IMG/VR virus record: IMGVR_UViG_3300013947_000002
Location: 32,001-96,000 of that record
Length of the DNA: 64,000 nucleotides
Strand: one strand, 5' to 3'
From: a virus
The notes under the pieces are model-generated. The model saw nothing but the letters and a program-made list of their open reading frames with translations. It was not told where the DNA came from and did no database searches. This document shows positions 45,170 through 53,520 of the stretch, in pieces. The position numbers and the translations under genes were made by a program. Position 1 is the stretch's first letter. Every line of letters begins with the position of its first letter.

Positions 45170-46057
45170 ATGAGAGTATTATCGTTATTTGATGGGATTG
45201 CCTGTGGACGGTTGGCATTAGAAAGAGCTGGTATTAGAATCGATTCATATGATGCTTGGGAGATTGAAAAGAACGCAATTAAAGTCGCGGCGACCAATTA
45301 TCCAGACATTATAGAACACGGCGATGTAACAAAACAGGATTTTACAAAATATAAAGACAAGGTGGATTTGCTTATTGGAGGTTCGCCTTGTCAAGGATTC
45401 AGCTTTTCAGGTAGAATGCTGAATTTTAATGACCCTCGTAGCAAACTCTTTTTTGAATTTGTCAGAGCCATTGAAGAATGCAAGCCCAAATACTTTTTAC
45501 TTGAAAACGTTGTGATGAAACAGGAATGGCGAAACATCATTTCATCATATCTTGGAGTTGAGCCAATTGAAATAAATTCAGCACTTGTATCAGCTCAAAA
45601 TCGACGCAGATTGTATTGGACTAATATACCGAATGTAAATCAACCAAGAGATAAAAACATCAAACTAATTGACATTCTTGATGATAAATCAATGCTTAAT
45701 CCGGCCGCTATTCGTGGTCGTACAATTGTTGGGTATAATAAGAATACTGTTCAATGTCTTGAGGTTAGGTCTAAATACACTGACAAATCAAATTGTTTGA
45801 CAACCGTTGATAAGGACAATGTATTAACATCATTGTCACATGGTAGATATATTGACGTATTTAACAATACTTATCCGTGGCGATACTATACCACTGCGGA
45901 AATGTGTAGGTTACAAACATTGACAGATGATTATCTTAATATGATACCTGATAGCGCAGCGAGAAAAGCGCTTGGGAATGGATGGGCAGTGGATGTAATC
46001 ACACATATCTTCAGTTATTTACCAGATAAATATAAGATTGGAGGGGAGAAAGATTAA
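45170..46057 (+). CDS. dcm: C5-cytosine DNA methyltransferase
   Basis: LFDGIACG (I), GGSPCQGFS (IV), LLENV (VI), SAQNRRR (VIII), GNGWAV (X). Confidence 0.9.
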   Translation: MRVLSLFDGIACGRLALERAGIRIDSYDAWEIEKNAIKVAATNYPDIIEHGDVTKQDFTKYKDKVDLLIGGSPCQGFSFSGRMLNFNDPRSKLFFEFVRAIEECKPKYFLLENVVMKQEWRNIISSYLGVEPIEINSALVSAQNRRRLYWTNIPNVNQPRDKNIKLIDILDDKSMLNPAAIRGRTIVGYNKNTVQCLEVRSKYTDKSNCLTTVDKDNVLTSLSHGRYIDVFNNTYPWRYYTTAEMCRLQTLTDDYLNMIPDSAARKALGNGWAVDVITHIFSYLPDKYKIGGEKD

Positions 46058-46775
46058 AATTCATCCACTACTAGATTCCCTTAATGAAGCCACATTTTTA
46101 CGAGCATATTTACGTGTCTGTGGTATAGATGATGTTGATGCTTATCTGCATCCAGATAAGATTGAATATCAAAGCCCAGATATGTATAAGAATATGGATG
46201 TGGCTGTACTGCTACTTAAACAACATCTTACAAAAATGAGTAGAATCGCAGTTTTGTGCGACGAGGACGACGATGGCCTGTGTTCATGCGTTATCATTGC
46301 AGATATGCTTAAGCGGCTCAATGCTGAATATCGTATCTTCTTCCATACGGTTGCAAAGGCGCACGGTATTAGAGCCGACTCATCTGATAAGGTGCTGGAT
46401 GATATTCTTGAATATGCGCCATCTCTACTTATCATCCCAGACGCAAGCGCAGATAGAGAATCATGCCAGACGCTCAGAGAGCATGACTGTGACGTGCTTA
46501 TCCTAGACCATCATCTATATGATTTTTCAAATAATCCATACGCAGTTATTGTGAATTGTCTGCAACAGAGCGATACTAATCAATCAGCAAGTGGCGCATT
46601 GATAGCAAGCAAATTCGCCAATACCGTTCTGGGCAACGATAAAGACGAATATGCCGACCTTGTAGCCATGTCGCTTATTGGTGATGTTATGGATTTACGC
46701 GACCTAGAGAATAGAGCCTATATCAATCAATGGCAAAGAGATTATGAGAAGGCGGTGAGCAAGCCGAATGAATGA
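46038..46775 (+). CDS. DHH-family phosphoesterase, N-terminal (DHH) half of a RecJ/NrnA-like protein
   Basis: CDEDDDG and ILDHH motifs. Ends inside a (GAAT)3 repeat. Start uncertain (TTG 46038 or ATT 46053 after ggagg). Confidence 0.7.
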   Translation: MEGRKIKIHPLLDSLNEATFLRAYLRVCGIDDVDAYLHPDKIEYQSPDMYKNMDVAVLLLKQHLTKMSRIAVLCDEDDDGLCSCVIIADMLKRLNAEYRIFFHTVAKAHGIRADSSDKVLDDILEYAPSLLIIPDASADRESCQTLREHDCDVLILDHHLYDFSNNPYAVIVNCLQQSDTNQSASGALIASKFANTVLGNDKDEYADLVAMSLIGDVMDLRDLENRAYINQWQRDYEKAVSKPNE

Positions 46776-46777
46776 AT
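46766..46777 (+). repeat. (GAAT)3 tetranucleotide repeat at the DHH/DHHA1 ORF junction
   Basis: ccGAATGAATGAATtttt. It holds the stop of ORF 1 and the ATG of ORF 2. Removing one unit fuses the frames (PNEFLTYMVEK). Confidence 0.85.
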
Positions 46778-47703
46778 TTTTGACCTATATGGTAGAGAAG
46801 TTGGGCAAAGGTAGGCCGCCCTCTCCAACAAACGTGTCTTGGAACGTTGTGCCCAAGATTAACGCCGTTTTCCGAAATGGTACACAAGATGATAGGGCTG
46901 TGCTGATTGACGGCTTTATGGGCAACGTAGAGCCTGAGACGGCTATTAAGGTTGCTACTCGTTGCCATAGTAAACAAACGCGAGAGGTCAAAGCGCTGTT
47001 CGATTCGGCTATTAACAATCTCAACATTTATAAAAATTGCGTCGTAGCAATGATTAATAATAAACACAAAGAATATACTGGTCTATTGGCTAATAAGCTA
47101 ATGTCCAAATATAATAAGACTGCATTTGTGTTTAGAAAATTAGACCCATGCACTCTATCAGGTAGTTATCGCTCGCCTGTTGATATTATTGATTTACTCA
47201 ATGATAGCGGCTTAATCAAAGCGCAGGGTCACGGTTGTGCCGCTGGTTGCTTCTTGAAGGTGTCAAATGCCAAGCGATTCGTCAAGTGGTTTGACGAACA
47301 ACAGATTGATATGGCTGGCGTTGTTGAGGTTGCGGCAAGTATTGAACCAAGTCAAATTACACACGCGCTATGTCAAATTTGTGTGGACAATGAAGGCTTG
47401 TTCGGACAGGGGTGCCCCAAGCCACTATTCCATTGTACTTTAACAACTCCACAGATTTATGTATATCGTAATCGCTCAACTACTGTCAAGCTGATTCAGG
47501 ACGGCATTGAGTTCATTAAATTCTTTGTTAACAATGAAGAAGTAAGTCAGTTTGAGGCGGCACAGGGCAAATCCATAGAGGTTGTGGTATCTCTTGGATT
47601 GAATGAATATAATGGGCAAATTAAGCCGCAAGCAATAATCGAGCGATATGAAATTGTAGATAAGAAAAACGATGAATTTGATTGGGAAAGGATTTTTCAA
47701 TGA
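46768..47703 (+). CDS. DHHA1 half of the RecJ/NrnA-like phosphoesterase
   Basis: VVPKINAVFRNG linker motif. QGHGCAAG (GGGH-like DHHA1 motif). Confidence 0.7.
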   Translation: MNEFLTYMVEKLGKGRPPSPTNVSWNVVPKINAVFRNGTQDDRAVLIDGFMGNVEPETAIKVATRCHSKQTREVKALFDSAINNLNIYKNCVVAMINNKHKEYTGLLANKLMSKYNKTAFVFRKLDPCTLSGSYRSPVDIIDLLNDSGLIKAQGHGCAAGCFLKVSNAKRFVKWFDEQQIDMAGVVEVAASIEPSQITHALCQICVDNEGLFGQGCPKPLFHCTLTTPQIYVYRNRSTTVKLIQDGIEFIKFFVNNEEVSQFEAAQGKSIEVVVSLGLNEYNGQIKPQAIIERYEIVDKKNDEFDWERIFQ

Positions 47704-48773
47704 TTTACCTAGAATATGCAGCAACTAATTCATTCACCAAGTATCCGTCTAGCAGGTACGGCCCGTTCTTGAACCCTAATGCCAATTATGCTTACAGAGA
47801 GCAGAAGTTGCTTGATGAATGCAGAGATAGGGTAAAGGCGACTATTGGTGCAAAGAGTGGCAAAGTTATATTTGGTGGTACAAGTAGCCAGTTGATTGAA
47901 AATTTGATGAATCGTGCCAAGCGGAACACGGTAATCTGTTCAAAATACGAGCATGACAGTTTTTGGAGATACGGCTTTGATTCTATTGGAAATATCGATG
48001 AGTTACCAAATATTATTTCTGATACACCAGAAAGCTACGGAAAAATGCTTGTCATGTGGCAGGGTGTGAATAATATCACAGGTCAGATTTTTCCCATTGA
48101 GCAAATCGGCAATATGTGCCACAGCTATAATGCGTTCTTCATCTGCGACATGACGGCCATGATTGGAAAGGTGGCGATTCCTGACAATATTGACCAGTGG
48201 TGCGATATTGCTGTGTGGAGCGGCCATAAGCTAGCCACCGAGGGCGGCATTGGTTGTATGTGGCTATCTGACAGGTTTAATGAATGGCTGGGCGGCTTCA
48301 AGCTACGTGGTACGCCTAATCTGGCTGGGGCTTGTGCTATTGCAGATGCTACAGAGGATGCTTGTCAGAACGTAGATGCACATGAAGAATATTGCTATGA
48401 GCTATATCGCTATTTGCTTGCCGAGCTATCAGCTAATGGTATTTATGGCGGCGTTGTCAACTCAGCTATGAAACCAGACAAATCCGATGCTACAGAAAGA
48501 GCGCCTAGTACGTATGCTATCAATGCTATCATGCTTGACAATATCAATGCCGATAGTCTACAACAGTATCTAGCGTCGCAGTCTATTTATATTGGGATTG
48601 GTGGCTCTGCCTGTTCGAGCCTACATGATTTTAGAGTGCTTAATGCTTGCGGCTTGACAAATAATGAGGCAAGCAGAGTTATTAGAGTATCGTTTGATTA
48701 TGATACGGATAAGCAAGATATTGACGATTTGGTGTATAATATTAAACAATATAAGGAGAAGTTTGTAGGATGA
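47700..48773 (+). CDS. NifS/IscS/DndA-type cysteine desulfurase (PLP, class V aminotransferase fold)
   Basis: IYLEYAATN, VIFGGTSSQ, SKYEHDS, VNNITGQIFPI, WSGHKL (PLP Lys), LRGTPNLAG, GIGGSACSS (catalytic Cys loop), IRVSFDYDTDKQDID. ATGA overlap upstream. Confidence 0.85.
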   Translation: MIYLEYAATNSFTKYPSSRYGPFLNPNANYAYREQKLLDECRDRVKATIGAKSGKVIFGGTSSQLIENLMNRAKRNTVICSKYEHDSFWRYGFDSIGNIDELPNIISDTPESYGKMLVMWQGVNNITGQIFPIEQIGNMCHSYNAFFICDMTAMIGKVAIPDNIDQWCDIAVWSGHKLATEGGIGCMWLSDRFNEWLGGFKLRGTPNLAGACAIADATEDACQNVDAHEEYCYELYRYLLAELSANGIYGGVVNSAMKPDKSDATERAPSTYAINAIMLDNINADSLQQYLASQSIYIGIGGSACSSLHDFRVLNACGLTNNEASRVIRVSFDYDTDKQDIDDLVYNIKQYKEKFVG

Positions 48774-49834
48774 ACCATACAAAGGAAGATTTGAAAGAGC
48801 TACAATCTAAATCTCTTGAAGAAAAAGTACAGATTAGCTTGGCCCGTATTATTGAATGGCATGAACATTGGGATGGTAAGGTGTATATCTCTAATTCTGG
48901 CGGCGTTGACTCTACTGTCCTCAGTCACCTAGTCCATTCCATATATCCCGATGTACCAGATGTGTATTGTGATACTGGGCTTGAATATCCTGAATTACGC
49001 GATTTTATTATGAGTAAGCCAAATGTGGTTGTTCTAAAGCCTAAAATGAATTTTGTTGAAGTAATTAAAAAGTATGGTTATCCAATTATTTCAAAAGAGG
49101 TTGCATCTGTTATATCTCAAGCACGAAAAGGCAATAATTGGGGGTTGCATAAAATAAATGGGAAGAAAACAAATGGGCAAGACGATGCCTATGGAAAAGC
49201 TATGATGAAGTGGAAGTTTCTACTTGATGCCGATTTTAATGTTGATAATTATTGTTGTAAGGAAATGAAGAAAAAACTTGCGTATAAATATGAGAAAGAA
49301 AGTGGGTTAAAAGCGTTTGTCGGTACGATGACAGATGAGTCATTATTAAGAAAAACGGAATGGCTAAAACATGGCTGCAATGCCTTTGATGGTAATCGTC
49401 CAATTTCGACTCCGCTATCATTTTGGACTAAATCCGACGTACTGCATTATATTGTCAAATATAACATCCCATATGTCAAAGAAATCTATGGTGACATCAT
49501 AGAAAAAGATGGTGTATATACCACAACCAAACAAAAGCGCACAGGTTGCATTTTCTGTGGCTTTGGTTGCCATCTTGAAAAAGAGCCAAACAAATTCCAA
49601 ATATTAGCTAATATCAATCCTCATCTCTACGACTACTGTATGCGTGGCGGCAAATACAACGAATCTGGCATGTGGATTCCTGACAAGGGACTTGGTATGG
49701 CTAAAGTGTTAGATTATATCAATGTCAAATGGTGGAACGATGGCGATGAAGCCAAGCGAGACGACTATAGAGCAAAATATAAGGAGAAAGAAAAAATTGA
49801 GCAGAGCAGAACGCAACCGCCGCAAGAAGATTGA
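48770..49834 (+). CDS. PP-loop ATPase of the PAPS-reductase family (DndC/SspD/IbrA-like)
   Basis: YISNSGGVDSTVL (PP-loop), PLSFWTKSDVLHYI, RTGCIFCGFGCH Cys cluster, long C-terminal extension. ATGA overlap with the desulfurase. Confidence 0.8.
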   Translation: MNHTKEDLKELQSKSLEEKVQISLARIIEWHEHWDGKVYISNSGGVDSTVLSHLVHSIYPDVPDVYCDTGLEYPELRDFIMSKPNVVVLKPKMNFVEVIKKYGYPIISKEVASVISQARKGNNWGLHKINGKKTNGQDDAYGKAMMKWKFLLDADFNVDNYCCKEMKKKLAYKYEKESGLKAFVGTMTDESLLRKTEWLKHGCNAFDGNRPISTPLSFWTKSDVLHYIVKYNIPYVKEIYGDIIEKDGVYTTTKQKRTGCIFCGFGCHLEKEPNKFQILANINPHLYDYCMRGGKYNESGMWIPDKGLGMAKVLDYINVKWWNDGDEAKRDDYRAKYKEKEKIEQSRTQPPQED

Positions 49835-49979
49835 GCGACCACTAAAATATGCGCCTATTCATTGTCCGGATTGCGGACTAGTCGTAGATGAAAAATATAT
49901 TGTTGATATTAACTCGACTTGTCCTATTTGTGGTAAAGAGCTATTTGGCGCACTAAAAGAAATGATGAAAAATAATTAA
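49797..49979 (+). CDS. small zinc-ribbon protein
   Basis: TTG start 10 nt after aaggag. CPDCG...CPICG. Confidence 0.4.
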   Translation: MSRAERNRRKKIERPLKYAPIHCPDCGLVVDEKYIVDINSTCPICGKELFGALKEMMKNN

Positions 49980-49987
49980 ATAACCTA

Positions 49988-50042
49988 TTGACAACCTCCT
50001 GTTCATGTGATATGCTTATGGTACAAATTGAACAGGAGGTTG
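49988..50042 (+). promoter_or_regulatory. nested promoter/SD-hairpin cassette
   Basis: TTGACA 49988-93, 17 nt spacer, TATGCT 50011-16. 14 bp inverted repeat caacctcctgttca (49992-50005) / tgaacaggaggttg (50029-42), with the right arm containing the SD. Confidence 0.6.
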
Positions 50043-50049
50043 TTTAATT

Positions 50050-50298
50050 ATGAAATTTTATATCCATCGCACATTGAATTGTGAAACCGCAGATCAACTT
50101 AGACGTATTTACCCGATCCTCAGCTATTATGTTATGCACGATGAAAAGATTGGTTGGCTTGGAAACATGGGTGCTTGTATTGAAATCAATTCTTTTAAGA
50201 AGCTGATTGAATTGAACAAGACAACAAACCACCCCATTATCATTGATGTAAACGATGAAATTCCGACCATTGAAATCTATGACGATTGGAGGGAGTAA
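50050..50298 (+). CDS. hypothetical protein
   Basis: Track ORF. Confidence 0.5.
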   Translation: MKFYIHRTLNCETADQLRRIYPILSYYVMHDEKIGWLGNMGACIEINSFKKLIELNKTTNHPIIIDVNDEIPTIEIYDDWRE

Positions 50299-50302
50299 TT
50301 AA

Positions 50303-50566
50303 ATGCAAGATATACTTACCTACACAGCATGGCTCGATGTGGCATGCGACATCTGTAATAGCTTGTTGAAAGCAACTGTAACTATTGTAGATAATGAATT
50401 TAAGGTTGTGGCGAGTAAATATAGATGGGTTACATTTATCAGTACAGAGCGAATCCACTATGTATATAATAAAGGATGGGAACCAGCTTGGGGTGCAACC
50501 GAACTCATGAAGATGATTATTGACGATTGGGATATGTTGCTGGTTGATGCAGTACATGGGCGGTAA
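50303..50566 (+). CDS. hypothetical protein
   Basis: Track ORF. Confidence 0.5.
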   Translation: MQDILTYTAWLDVACDICNSLLKATVTIVDNEFKVVASKYRWVTFISTERIHYVYNKGWEPAWGATELMKMIIDDWDMLLVDAVHGR

Positions 50567-50667
50567 GAGCCGCATTTCTAAACAAATTTCGGAGGTATTG
50601 AATAATGCGTTATATGGGCGGAAAGAGCCGAATCAGCAAGCAGATCGCGAATGTGCTGAACGGCGCA
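50553..50667 (+). repeat. tandem codon-diverged duplication of the Dam N-terminal motif, in two frames
   Basis: 50553-50609 encodes YMGGKSRISKQISEVLNNA. 50611-50667 encodes YMGGKSRISKQIANVLNGA. The 58 nt offset shifts the frame by +1. Confidence 0.85.
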
Positions 50668-51345
50668 ATGAGAGAGAGAGAGAGAGAGAGAGCATTCGTA
50701 AGCCTGTTCTGTGGCTCATGCGCCATTGAGTCAAAGGTACAAGCAGACGTTAAAATCCTCAATGACAAGCACTCCTATCTCATTGCTATGTGGCAAGCGT
50801 TACAGAATGGCTGGATGCCACCTGATGTAGTGACCAAGGAAGAATATTATCACGTTAAAGCCAATATGGACGAAGACCCTGCTTTGACCGGATTTGTCGG
50901 CTTTGGTTGCTCATTCGGCGGCAAATGGTGGGGTGGCTATGCTAAAGATAAACGTGGCGATGATTACTGCGGTCAGGCAAAGCGCAGCTTGATGCGCAAC
51001 TATGTGGGTAAAGCCAAGTCTACTTTACAAAAAGATTTATCTGGTCTACAGATCGCTACATTCACTTGTCTTGATTATAAAGATGTAGAAATCCCAGATG
51101 GCGCGGTTGTATATTGTGATCCACCTTATGCAAACACAACGGGTTATACATTAGGCAAATTTGATACAGATGAATTTTGGGATTATATGCGCCAGCTATC
51201 TAAGCGATGTGATGTATATATCAGTGAGGAATCCGCGCCTGATGATTTTGAATGTGTCTGGAGCAAAGAGAAAGTAAGGACGCTTGAAAAGAGCGACAAT
51301 GTGAGTCGCGTCAAAGTAGAAAAATTATTTAAGTGTAAAGGTTAA
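50605..51345 (+). CDS. dam: Dam-type N6-adenine DNA methyltransferase (D12 class) with an internal (AG)11 tract
   Basis: MRYMGGKSRISKQI, FVSLFCGSCAIE (motif I-like), VVYCDPPYA (DPPY). SD ggagg 50591-95. Confidence 0.85.
   Translation: MRYMGGKSRISKQIANVLNGAMRERERERAFVSLFCGSCAIESKVQADVKILNDKHSYLIAMWQALQNGWMPPDVVTKEEYYHVKANMDEDPALTGFVGFGCSFGGKWWGGYAKDKRGDDYCGQAKRSLMRNYVGKAKSTLQKDLSGLQIATFTCLDYKDVEIPDGAVVYCDPPYANTTGYTLGKFDTDEFWDYMRQLSKRCDVYISEESAPDDFECVWSKEKVRTLEKSDNVSRVKVEKLFKCKG
50671..50692 (+). repeat. (AG)11 dinucleotide repeat inside the dam CDS
   Basis: Direct count: agagagagagagagagagagag, translated as RERERER. Confidence 0.95.
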
Positions 51346-51351
51346 AATATT

Positions 51352-53520
51352 ATGCCAAAAGCAAAACTACTCCCACAGCGATTCTTATACCGTGACACCA
51401 AGACCGATTTTGCCATCCTGTCATGTAAGCTGGTTAATCCTGTTGCCGGTATAGAGACGCACCCTGTATATCACAACCTAACATTGAAAGGTGCGAATAT
51501 AGCCAACTTTGAGCTGAATCGCCGCATTGACTGTATCATCGAGCCAATCATTGATGAGAAGCATCCATACAGCTATAAATTTATCAGCTTTGGCTCGTTT
51601 GAGGCAAAAGGCGGCAAATTCAAGTTGACAGAGAAACAGGAGTTACAGGCTCTACGCAGCTTGATGACGAATAGACAGGCTGAATCATGCCATGCCGCCT
51701 ACCCTCACTTTGTCAGTATGGTGCTAAATGGCGAACAAGAACAAATCGACCCAAGCAAAATCAAGTATGTGAAGAACGTGCTGTTAAACCGTTATATCGC
51801 CAAAATCAAGTCAATCAATAACCGCATCGCATTTATGGAAGAAGCGGCTAAATGGTCTATTGAATCCGATGAGAACCTGAATAAGATTGCGGCGCGATAC
51901 GGCAATATTGACGAGTTCAAAGAGGACATTGAACAGAACCCATACAACGTGCTTATGGACGTGTTGGATTGGGGCTGGACAAGGGCTGATAAGGCGGTAA
52001 TGAAATATGCGCCATCTCTTGCTTGTTCATTAAATAGAGCCGAAGCCGCCTGTATCTATCTACTCAAGCGAAATGAGGATGATGGCAACACGCGAATCGG
52101 CGCATCTGAGCTATTTGACCAGTTTGTGTCTCTATGCCCCGAATCGGTTAGTTATATCTATGAGGCAGTCACTACATCGTCTAAAATTTACTATGAGCCA
52201 GAGCGCAAGTATGTAAGCCGCAAATCGACCTATATGGCGGAATGCCATGTAGCTGAGGTCGTGAAGAAAAAAATAGCCAATCCACATTATTATCCTATGA
52301 ATTGGCAGAAGTTTACAAGCGTAGACGGATTAGATCTGACAGATGAACAATCACAGATTCTTGAGATGGCTTGTAAACAGGACGTAATGATGTTGACGGG
52401 GAGTGCCGGTTCTGGTAAGAGTCAGACACTCAAGGCCATTATTGAGATGCTTGAAGCTAACAACTATGGCTATACACTGCTAGCTCCAACAGGAATCGCC
52501 GCAAAGAGGATGCGTGAGGCAACAAGTCGTGAAGCCAGCACCATTCATATGTTCTTGCTGAGTGAAGCGATGGCGGGCGATTATGTGTTGATTGACGAAT
52601 CTGGCATGGTTGCAGTTGACCTGCTATCCGCTCTATTCAATAAGCTCAATGACAATACCAAACTCATCTTTATTGCAGACCCATCTCAACTTGCTTCTAT
52701 CTCATGTGGCAATGTTGTGCGCGATCTGCTTGATGGCGGCATCGTGCCTGTATGTAACTTAACCAAGGTGTTCAGATACAACACGTCTGGTATCATAACC
52801 ATTGCTACTGATGTACGAAATGGTGATAGTAGCCATCTGACAGATACTTTCACGGATTATAAGTTTGTTGAAATTGATACATTACCAATCAAGCAAATTG
52901 AGCGAGAATATGCGGCGCTGTTGGCTAGTGGCTATGGGCAGGATGATATATTGATTCTGTCGCCATTCAATAAGGGGCAATGCGGCTCATTGGTTATCAA
53001 CAATTATATCCAAGATAAATTTAACCCAAATCCACCTACAGATGTTGGCTGGACGATGAATGGTGTAGAAGTCAAGTTCCGTGTTGGTGATAAGGTCATC
53101 AATAAAAAGAATGAATATCGTATGCCGCTTGCCGATAGAGATGATACGGCGTTTGTAGCTAATGGCGACATGGGGCGCATCGTGGATATTGAGCCTGATG
53201 ATAAAATGCCACAGATGGTCGTGCATTTTGATTGCGGTGATTGCCTGGTTGATAAGGCGCATATCAGTAGAATGTTGCTAGGATATTGTATCAGCACACA
53301 TAGCAGCCAGGGCTGTCAAGCAAAGGCGGTGATTGTGGTGGTAGATAGAAGCCATATGCGGCTTATTTCGCGTAACCTGCTATACACTGGGGTGTCAAGG
53401 GCGCAAGAGCGGCTAGTAGTAATTGGCGATATGGAGGCGATTGAGGCAGGACTAAATGTGCAGGAAGAAAAATGTAGGAATACGTGGTTGAGAGAGGTGT
53501 TAAAGGATGGCGTTGATTAA
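51352..53520 (+). CDS. RecD-like SF1 helicase
   Basis: MLTGSAGSGKSQTL (Walker A), VLIDESGMV (Walker B). C-terminus ISTHSSQGCQAKAV...LLYTGVSRAQ. Confidence 0.8.
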   Translation: MPKAKLLPQRFLYRDTKTDFAILSCKLVNPVAGIETHPVYHNLTLKGANIANFELNRRIDCIIEPIIDEKHPYSYKFISFGSFEAKGGKFKLTEKQELQALRSLMTNRQAESCHAAYPHFVSMVLNGEQEQIDPSKIKYVKNVLLNRYIAKIKSINNRIAFMEEAAKWSIESDENLNKIAARYGNIDEFKEDIEQNPYNVLMDVLDWGWTRADKAVMKYAPSLACSLNRAEAACIYLLKRNEDDGNTRIGASELFDQFVSLCPESVSYIYEAVTTSSKIYYEPERKYVSRKSTYMAECHVAEVVKKKIANPHYYPMNWQKFTSVDGLDLTDEQSQILEMACKQDVMMLTGSAGSGKSQTLKAIIEMLEANNYGYTLLAPTGIAAKRMREATSREASTIHMFLLSEAMAGDYVLIDESGMVAVDLLSALFNKLNDNTKLIFIADPSQLASISCGNVVRDLLDGGIVPVCNLTKVFRYNTSGIITIATDVRNGDSSHLTDTFTDYKFVEIDTLPIKQIEREYAALLASGYGQDDILILSPFNKGQCGSLVINNYIQDKFNPNPPTDVGWTMNGVEVKFRVGDKVINKKNEYRMPLADRDDTAFVANGDMGRIVDIEPDDKMPQMVVHFDCGDCLVDKAHISRMLLGYCISTHSSQGCQAKAVIVVVDRSHMRLISRNLLYTGVSRAQERLVVIGDMEAIEAGLNVQEEKCRNTWLREVLKDGVD

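Noticed and set aside
50520-50729. Independent 69-aa gene
   Set aside because: It is the alternative-frame read-through of the duplicated Dam N-terminus and the AG tract. I treat it as part of the dam switch, not a separate gene.
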